From Candidatus Latescibacterota bacterium (GTDB lineage Bacteria > Latescibacterota > UBA2968 > UBA8231): 64,000 bases of DNA. The position numbers were made by a program, and so were the translations under genes. Every line of letters begins with the position of its first letter. The stretch's first letter is position 1. Positions 58,125 to 64,000 of this stretch are shown one piece after another. The notes under the pieces were generated by a model. It was not told the DNA's origin. It made no database searches and saw only the letters and a list, made by a program, of their open reading frames with translations. Location: assembly GCA_965248265.1 (NCBI GenBank), contig CBDFJF010000001.1, positions 896,001-960,000 of the forward strand, given 5' to 3'.

Positions 58125-58571
58125 TTATTGCTCCTCGCACGATGACCTTACAGATTCGGCGATTCTCATAACCTCCTTTATGCCATTCTTGCCAAGTATG
58201 GACTCCGCCTTGTGCTGGGCGTTTTCCCATAAGGGCATCGCTTTACGAAAGACTTCGCGACCCTTGGCGGTGAGTTCCAAGGTATTCGTGCGGCCACTCT
58301 CTTCACGTATTACGTCAAGCCAACCACGCTCACCGAGCAGTCTAAGATTTCTGCTCATTGTAGATTTCTCCATGTATAGAAACGCACCAATTTCGGCTGG
58401 GCTGGCTGTTCCATGTCTGGCTATGACCCCCAGTATGTTCATTTGACTCGTGGTAATCCCCAATGGGCTAATAGCTTGATCGTAAATATTTGTAATTACA
58501 CGATTTAGAAGCCGTATCTTATCTGCAATACAGACCTGGTTCACGTGCGCGGCCTCAGCTTGAGTAACCAT
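58125..58571 (-). CDS. MarR-family transcriptional regulator
   Basis: CIADKIRLLNRVITNIYD, GITTSQMNIL, MEKSTMSRNL, LTAKG. Confidence 0.9.
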   Translation of the reverse strand: MVTQAEAAHVNQVCIADKIRLLNRVITNIYDQAISPLGITTSQMNILGVIARHGTASPAEIGAFLYMEKSTMSRNLRLLGERGWLDVIREESGRTNTLELTAKGREVFRKAMPLWENAQHKAESILGKNGIKEVMRIAESVRSSCEEQ

Positions 58572-58608
58572 CCAATTGCCCTTTGCCTGAGTAACCAAGA
58601 TATTCCTG

Positions 58609-58641
58609 TAGTTGTATATACAACGGCCTGGGCTTCGTCAA
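58609..58641 (-). promoter_or_regulatory. Second operator copy overlapping a sigma-70-like promoter of marR
   Basis: GTTGTATATACAAC at 58611..58624; minus strand TTGACG-N17-TATACA. Confidence 0.65.
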
Positions 58642-58753
58642 GGGGTAATTCTTGTGTCTCCGTCTATCTGTCCTTGGGTCGCATGTTAGTTAGATGCCGA
58701 AGCGCTAGGCCGCATCCCGAATGGATGGATGGGCTCGTCAACGGGCTGCTAGA

Positions 58754-59233
58754 TCAAAGCCGTCCTTCCTCTACATCGAACACATCAAACAGGGTGACAA
58801 TTGATTTGTCCGGCGGTTGGATCTGCGGGATGTAATCCTCCAGGTAGAGCTGCGACTCGACCGGGAGGTCGCTGATTCGCAACTCGCGCATCTGGTTGTT
58901 CCATTTCACAATCTCAGATCGCTCTCGCTGGATGGCATATTCCCGTATCCACCGATCCATCTCACTGTCGTCCGCACCGGTGGCTACAAACTGCATGAAG
59001 TCGAGGACGTTGATGGTGGTGAAGTCGAAAAACCTGCGGTCGAGCTTGCAGTTGAACTCGTAGTCACCGAGCGTGCCGGCGAGATAGGCACGGCCCTTGT
59101 CGAGAGTCCGAGCGGCAAACACGTAGTCTGCGATCTTTTCTCTGGGGCCTCGCGGTGGATCGATGTTCAGATCCGTTGCCAGTCCGTCCAGGCCCTCGTG
59201 GTTGATCTCAAATGGAAAGGTCGTAGCGGTCAT
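58754..59233 (-). CDS. DUF5069-family protein
   Basis: PRGPRE, ARTLDKGRA, GDYEFNCKLD, FDVEEGR; GAGGAG RBS. Confidence 0.78.
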   Translation of the reverse strand: MTATTFPFEINHEGLDGLATDLNIDPPRGPREKIADYVFAARTLDKGRAYLAGTLGDYEFNCKLDRRFFDFTTINVLDFMQFVATGADDSEMDRWIREYAIQRERSEIVKWNNQMRELRISDLPVESQLYLEDYIPQIQPPDKSIVTLFDVFDVEEGRL

Positions 59234-59291
59234 CGTGTACTCCTCGTTTTTGACAATCTCGTGAAATCGGTGCGCTTGATGGTCATGCGGA

Positions 59292-60326
59292 TCAAGCAGC
59301 CCAGGGTAGCAGGACGACGTTACCAACCACCTGGCCGGAAGGCAGTAAGCGGTGCGCTTGAGCGGCTTCGCTGAGAGGAAGGGTTCGGTCCAGCGCTGGT
59401 TTGATTCTCCCGGCGTTGACCTGTTCCAAACCCCACCTGAGATCCTCAATGTCGCCGCCCATCGACCCACGTAGTTGCTTTTGACCGAAGAAGAAGTTGC
59501 GGATATCGAAGGTTACCTCGGTCCCGGCGACGAAGCCGAAAGCGACAACGGTGCCGAGTCCCTTCACGGCGTCGATGCTCTTGGAGAGGACATCGCCGCC
59601 CAGGTTGTCGATGACGACATCAGCGCCACTACCATCGGTCCACTGTTTTACGACCTCGACGAAATCCTCTTGGCGCGTGTTGATCGCGAGGTCTGCGCCC
59701 AGTTTTTTCGCGAACTGCCCCTTGTCGTCGCTGCGGACCGTAGTGGCGACTTCGGCACCGAGTGCCTTTGCCACCTGAATCTGCATGCTTCCAGAGCCGG
59801 AAGCTCCGGCGTGGACCAGGACCTTGTCCCCGGCCTCAACTTCGCCGACGCCCCTGACGGCACGGACGGCAGTCGTCAAAACCATGGGCAAGGTCGCTAC
59901 TTCCTCCGGCTTCAGGCCGGTGTCATCCTTGATCACCCACCGCGCGGGGATCTCGATGTACTGGGCGTAGGTACCCGGAATTCCCAGACCGGGCAACGTG
60001 AAGCTCGACGCGCTGGCCGCGGGCCGGATGTCGTATTCTTCCTCATCGAGAGGAAATCCCGGTACGGGGATAACGCGTTCGCCGGTTTCAAAGCCCGTGA
60101 CTCCTGCCCCCAACTTCGCCACCTCACCGGCGGCGTCGGCGCCCAGGATGTGTGGGAAGGAAAGTTCCGGCACCACCGAGCCTTCGCGGATGTAGTACTC
60201 CAAGCGATTTATTCCGGCGGCGAGCACCTTGATCAGGATGTGTCCGGGCCTCGGCTCGGGTGTGCTGACTTCATCGACCGTGAGCACATCGGGGTCTCCG
60301 AATTGATGGATCAAAGCAGCTTTCAT
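59292..60326 (-). CDS. NADPH:quinone oxidoreductase-like MDR enzyme
   Basis: MKAALIHQFGDPDVL, PHILGADAAG, VLVHAGASGSG; zinc ligands absent. Confidence 0.88.
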   Translation of the reverse strand: MKAALIHQFGDPDVLTVDEVSTPEPRPGHILIKVLAAGINRLEYYIREGSVVPELSFPHILGADAAGEVAKLGAGVTGFETGERVIPVPGFPLDEEEYDIRPAASASSFTLPGLGIPGTYAQYIEIPARWVIKDDTGLKPEEVATLPMVLTTAVRAVRGVGEVEAGDKVLVHAGASGSGSMQIQVAKALGAEVATTVRSDDKGQFAKKLGADLAINTRQEDFVEVVKQWTDGSGADVVIDNLGGDVLSKSIDAVKGLGTVVAFGFVAGTEVTFDIRNFFFGQKQLRGSMGGDIEDLRWGLEQVNAGRIKPALDRTLPLSEAAQAHRLLPSGQVVGNVVLLPWAA

Positions 60327-60372
60327 GATCTCACCTGTCCTTTCTGGGACGAATTCAATCCTGGTTTGATTG

Positions 60373-60594
60373 TCAATTCAATTTTGGAGACGCGTGAGTA
60401 GACGCTACCTTGTCTGCGTAGCTGGACAACACGACATATCGGTCTCCTGACCACGGTCCCCCCTGTCGGACCACCAGCAGATGGTCCCCACCGTGTCCTT
60501 TCCGGATCTCCTCCACCTCGCCTACGATCCAGTGTTCCTGTTCTCCGCGATACGTAAAACTGACTGCATCTCCTGGCTTAAAACCGGTCATCAT
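60373..60594 (-). CDS. Small uncharacterised 'QGGPWSGDRY' protein, copy 3
   Basis: GFKPGDAVSF..WIVGEVEEIR.GH.GDHLLVVRQGGPWSGDRYVVLSSY; AAGGAGG RBS. Confidence 0.78.
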   Translation of the reverse strand: MMTGFKPGDAVSFTYRGEQEHWIVGEVEEIRKGHGGDHLLVVRQGGPWSGDRYVVLSSYADKVASTHASPKLN

Positions 60595-60727
60595 ATCCTC
60601 CTTCGATTGATCAAATCTTCTGAACGGTCCCGCGGTACATGGCCGAAGTCCGCGGGATTGACGACGGCTCTCATCTCCGCGCCTGCGGAGTACACATCGC
60701 CATGAGGCTCTTGACATCTCGACCGAT

Positions 60728-60743
60728 TGCAAGGTCGATGCCA
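60728..60743 (-). promoter_or_regulatory. Putative sigma-54 promoter
   Basis: TGGCAT-CGACC-TTGCA on the minus strand. Confidence 0.75.
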
Positions 60744-60844
60744 TAGGCAAGACCACGCGATCCACAGCGACCTACCTTGCTCTACGACAGATACTTAGGA
60801 GATCACCCAGGACTTAGGCCTCGTGTGGAACGTTGGAGAGATAT

Positions 60845-60879
60845 CCTTGACATATCGTGGGTCTCACGACATATCACGA
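60845..60879. promoter_or_regulatory. Tandem upstream activator-like sites
   Basis: CCTTGA-CATA-TCGTGG (60845) and TCACGA-CATA-TCACGA (60864), starts 19 bp apart as at 30277/30296. Confidence 0.5.
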
Positions 60880-61044
60880 AAATCTCCAATTCGAACACGA
60901 TCAATTTGATCGAGGCTTGGGGATCGCGGCCACACCGACTGTGTGACCTGAGTCCGGCACGGGGAAAACGATATGGTTGAAATGGTCGAAGAAGTGTTGA
61001 AAGAGGGCGCGCCTAAAGAGGTTCTTGCGGAACGGGTGTTCAGC

Positions 61045-61374
61045 CTACTGTGCGCATACCCGGAGGGTGGCAGAATGTGGCGCCCGAGTGTAATGGACCA
61101 AATCAAGGAAGCCGGTCAGTCGGGGGAAACAGGTTTCGCCAAGGCACTGGAGCTCCCCCGCGTAGCGACACACCAAGGCGGGGGCCGCCTCCTTTTTTTG
61201 CGCTAGGTTATAGCAAATCGTGATCAGCACGATCCCGGCTACCAGCACGACCCCTGTTGGAATTTTCGCCCCGTCGGTCCGCCCGAAATTCATCGAAGAC
61301 CTGAAGCGTTTCTTCAGGTTATTTCCAAGCTTATGGCCAAGAAACGAACTTTCATTCGTCTGTTCACTGGCCAT
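61045..61374 (-). CDS. Small hypothetical membrane protein
   Basis: AAGGAG RBS; one TM segment (VVLVAGIVLITICY); competes with overlapping ORF 60973..61206. Confidence 0.4.
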   Translation of the reverse strand: MASEQTNESSFLGHKLGNNLKKRFRSSMNFGRTDGAKIPTGVVLVAGIVLITICYNLAQKKEAAPALVCRYAGELQCLGETCFPRLTGFLDLVHYTRAPHSATLRVCAQ

Positions 61375-61476
61375 GTTGCATTCTCCTTTCAGAAGGCCTC
61401 ACCATTGGCGACGACGCTAATGCACTGCTCTGTGCCTCGTTAACCGTCGCGAACCAGAGCACAATCGCCCGATCTT

Positions 61477-61512
61477 TACGAAGTTTTTCGTTGATCTACG
61501 GCGAGTTTCGTA
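61477..61512. promoter_or_regulatory. Tandem imperfect palindromes, putative BlaI operators
   Basis: TACGAAGTTTTTCGTT and TACGGCGAGTTTCGTA upstream of blaI, overlapping TTGATC...TATATT. Confidence 0.6.
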
Positions 61513-61569
61513 TATATTCCTTATTACAGTATTTCAGCCCTGAAAACCCGCATTTTGCGAGATGTGATC

Positions 61570-61953
61570 ATGGCACGAAAACGACCGCCGAAACCGACTG
61601 ATGCCGAACTGGCGCTACTCCGGGTACTGTGGTATCACGGCCCGGCTACCGTGCGCCAGATTCGTGACGAGCTGGATAGCAAGCCGACTGCGGGTTACAC
61701 CACCGTCCTCAAGACGCTCCAGATCATGACGGTGAAAGGCCTCGTTCTGCGGGACGAAAGCCAGCACGCCCACGTCTATCAAGCAGCCTTCGCTCGGGAG
61801 CAGACTCAAAGGCAGCTGGTCTCCGAGCTCTTGGAGCGGGCCTTCAGCGGCTCTGCTTCTCACCTCGTTGTGCAGGCGCTTACGGAAAAGCCGGCATCCC
61901 GTGAAGAGGTCGCTGAGATCCGCAAGCTGCTGGACCAACTGGAGGGGCCATGA
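61570..61953 (+). CDS. blaI: BlaI/MecI/CopY family repressor
   Basis: PTDAELALLRVLW, GYTTVLKTLQIM..KGLV, FSGSASHLV. Confidence 0.92.
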   Translation: MARKRPPKPTDAELALLRVLWYHGPATVRQIRDELDSKPTAGYTTVLKTLQIMTVKGLVLRDESQHAHVYQAAFAREQTQRQLVSELLERAFSGSASHLVVQALTEKPASREEVAEIRKLLDQLEGP

Positions 61954-63833
61954 GCGGCATGGCGCAGTTGCCCGATCATGTGACCCATGTCCTGGGCTGG
62001 ACGTTGATTCACTTTCTCTGGCAAGGGACCGCCGTCGCGGCGCTGCTCGCGGTGGCTAACGCCACGATTTGTAGCCGACGAGTCGATCTACGCTATGGCC
62101 TTGCATGTACCGGTATGGTGCTGCTGGTACTCCTCCCGACTATCACGGCCTGGGCGATAGGTCAGGCAGCGGAAACCGGACCTCGACCTGCGCCTCCAGC
62201 GCTGTTCGCGGATGCCTTTGCCGGCCGGTCCGAGCCGCTGGTATCTCTGATGAAAAAAGCGGACAGTGATGCCGTTAACTGGCCGATCGCCGCGCGGACC
62301 GTCGAGGAATACCTGCCGTGGGCAGTTCACCTCTGGATGGTTGGTGCAGCCCTGTTCCTGTTTCGCATGGCCGGTGGATGGACACACCTGCAATCCCTGC
62401 GCAGGATCAGTCGGCCGATGGGAGATGGCCAGTGGCAGCGAATCGTCTGGGCCCACGGCCGGCGTCTGGGTATGCACGCGGTCCCACTCCTGGAGTCGAC
62501 GCGAATCGCGGTCCCCATCGTGGTCGGCTGGCTGCGTCCGGCCATTCTCGTGCCCGTCGGCTTGTTCGCGGGCATGGCGCCGCGACACATCGAGGCCATC
62601 CTGCTGCACGAACTCGCCCACATCCGTCGGGGAGATGGTCTTGTCAATGTGCTGCAGGCGCTGGCGGAGTCTGTGTTGTTCTTCCATCCCGCCGTCTGGT
62701 GGGTATCGCATCGCATACGCATCGAAAGAGAGTTCTGTTGCGATGACGCAGTGGTCTCCACGTTCGGTGACTCCAGGACTTATGCGCGTGCGCTGTCGAT
62801 TGTGGGCGAACGACGCAACGACATGCTGGCAGTGGCGGCAACCAGCGGCCGGCTGTTAGCGCGAATTCATCGCTTGCTGCGAACCGAATCCCGGAGGTTG
62901 CCTGGGGATTGGGTGGCACCACTCGTGGCGTTCTCGCTGGCGTTGGCGGTTCTGGCGATCACGCTTCCCTCTCTCCAGGTGCGCGTAGAAGAGAGCCTGA
63001 TAGGTACTGCATCTCGTTTGAAGGTCGAGCCTGGGGATATCCTCTCCCTCACTCGGTCACTCGGCGAACGGCCTCAACTTGGGTCAGACAGCGCAACCGA
63101 TTCACTACCCACCTGGCAAAGCGCCGTCCTCGCCGATATCTCGCCTGCAGACATCCTACATCCGGGCCCGGCGCAAGGTATGTCCAAAGCGACACAAGTA
63201 TTCAGTCCGACCATACCCGCCAGGGTGAGCTCGGTGGCAGATCCGCCTCGAGAAAAAATATGGCCGCGCTCCGATCCGAGATTTTGGATCGGCGAGTACT
63301 ATGGTACCGCAGATATTCATAGGTATCGAGTTAACCCGACGTGGCCGGATTCAAACACGGTCAGAGAGCAACTCTTGGAAGACAGAGGTTTCACGGTCCG
63401 AATCAGACGGCCGGTGCTGATAGGCGGTAATCCTAACATCCTTGCCGCGAACGCCGACATCGAGGTCAATTTTGGCACCTTGCGGGACGGATGGGTACCG
63501 GAGCGATTTGAGCGATTACATTGGGAGAGATTCTACGGTAACAGCAACAGCTGCTCGTCTTTCCTGGTCGACCTCGATTTGAGTTCGCGCATTGACGGCA
63601 AGTTCCGCAGTAGTTGGCCTGGGCCGGAGAATGTGATAGCCCGCATGACCAAGAAGGGCGACCGATTGGTCGGCACCTTCAAGCCCTACTGCCGCGATTG
63701 GCGCGCACGTTCTGACAGTCTCGATAGTCCTGCTTTGCCCATGGCTGAATACCGGTTCGATGTGAGGAAGCGAATGTCGCGCAACGGTGAGTCGACATCT
63801 CAATTGTTGTCGCGCTCGGCATCGGCTGACTGA
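61950..63833 (+). CDS. BlaR1-like M56 metallopeptidase sensor with uncharacterised C-terminal domain
   Basis: LGWTLIHFLWQG, LLHELAHIRRGD, FFHPAVWW, EREFCCD; ATGA overlap with blaI. Confidence 0.9.
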   Translation: MSGMAQLPDHVTHVLGWTLIHFLWQGTAVAALLAVANATICSRRVDLRYGLACTGMVLLVLLPTITAWAIGQAAETGPRPAPPALFADAFAGRSEPLVSLMKKADSDAVNWPIAARTVEEYLPWAVHLWMVGAALFLFRMAGGWTHLQSLRRISRPMGDGQWQRIVWAHGRRLGMHAVPLLESTRIAVPIVVGWLRPAILVPVGLFAGMAPRHIEAILLHELAHIRRGDGLVNVLQALAESVLFFHPAVWWVSHRIRIEREFCCDDAVVSTFGDSRTYARALSIVGERRNDMLAVAATSGRLLARIHRLLRTESRRLPGDWVAPLVAFSLALAVLAITLPSLQVRVEESLIGTASRLKVEPGDILSLTRSLGERPQLGSDSATDSLPTWQSAVLADISPADILHPGPAQGMSKATQVFSPTIPARVSSVADPPREKIWPRSDPRFWIGEYYGTADIHRYRVNPTWPDSNTVREQLLEDRGFTVRIRRPVLIGGNPNILAANADIEVNFGTLRDGWVPERFERLHWERFYGNSNSCSSFLVDLDLSSRIDGKFRSSWPGPENVIARMTKKGDRLVGTFKPYCRDWRARSDSLDSPALPMAEYRFDVRKRMSRNGESTSQLLSRSASAD

Positions 63834-64000
63834 AGAACTCGGACCGTCGTTGGCGGAATCCGATGGGCGGGTTGCTAGTCCCCTCTGAAATACGTAATGT
63901 TTCAGAGGAAATAAGTCCGACGCAACTGGCGAGTACGCGTGGAACTGACCACGGGGAAGTGTCGGACTAAAATGGCTGGCCGATCGCCTGGGCCCACACT

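Noticed and set aside
57080-58571. Mercury-resistance (mer) operon
   Set aside because: Only a MerC-like domain; no merA, merR or merP, and the regulator is MarR type
58561-58597. 10-bp direct repeat TGAGTAACCA giving MVTQA twice at the marR start
   Set aside because: Too short to interpret beyond start-site ambiguity
61177-61199. Intrinsic terminator AGGCGG-GGG-CCGCCT-CC-T7
   Set aside because: Short stem with 3-nt loop, inside two overlapping ORFs; transcript assignment unclear
1-64000. Numerous long antisense or alternate-frame ORFs (e.g. 9363..10334, 20969..22054, 27402..28283, 59475..60401); CRISPR, tRNA and rRNA
   Set aside because: These ORFs shadow well-supported genes in GC-rich DNA; no repeat-spacer array or stable RNA gene was seen by eye

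Overview
GC-rich bacterial DNA with no rRNA, tRNA or CRISPR array detected. The first ~28 kb is a patchwork of catabolic and accessory enzymes, orphan histidine kinases, a group II intron 3' remnant and a solitary integron-type cassette with an attC site. From ~28.6 to 60.9 kb lie two convergent, partly paralogous signalling islands. The right island holds a tightly coupled ~16 kb minus-strand operon behind a near-consensus sigma-54 promoter. Its order is: STAS protein, uncharacterised GAF-like sensor, Cph1-type kinase, Rcp1-type regulator, receiver/KaiA-like protein (KaiA3 type), kaiB, kaiC, hybrid kinase, regulator, TonB receptor (split by ISL3), YfiR, kinase, FapA. Five sigma-54 promoter motifs are visible, four of them next to related palindromic upstream sites, along with two paralogous sigma-54 activators (one with a TGG->TGA stop). 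A ~73-aa 'QGGPWSGDRY' protein I cannot assign to a family occurs three times. A fusion at 16.3-17.8 kb joins the GAF-like sensor, an NrtS-like membrane domain and a PAS fragment. The window ends with a BlaI/BlaR1 pair. All family calls come from visual motif recognition, not database searches.
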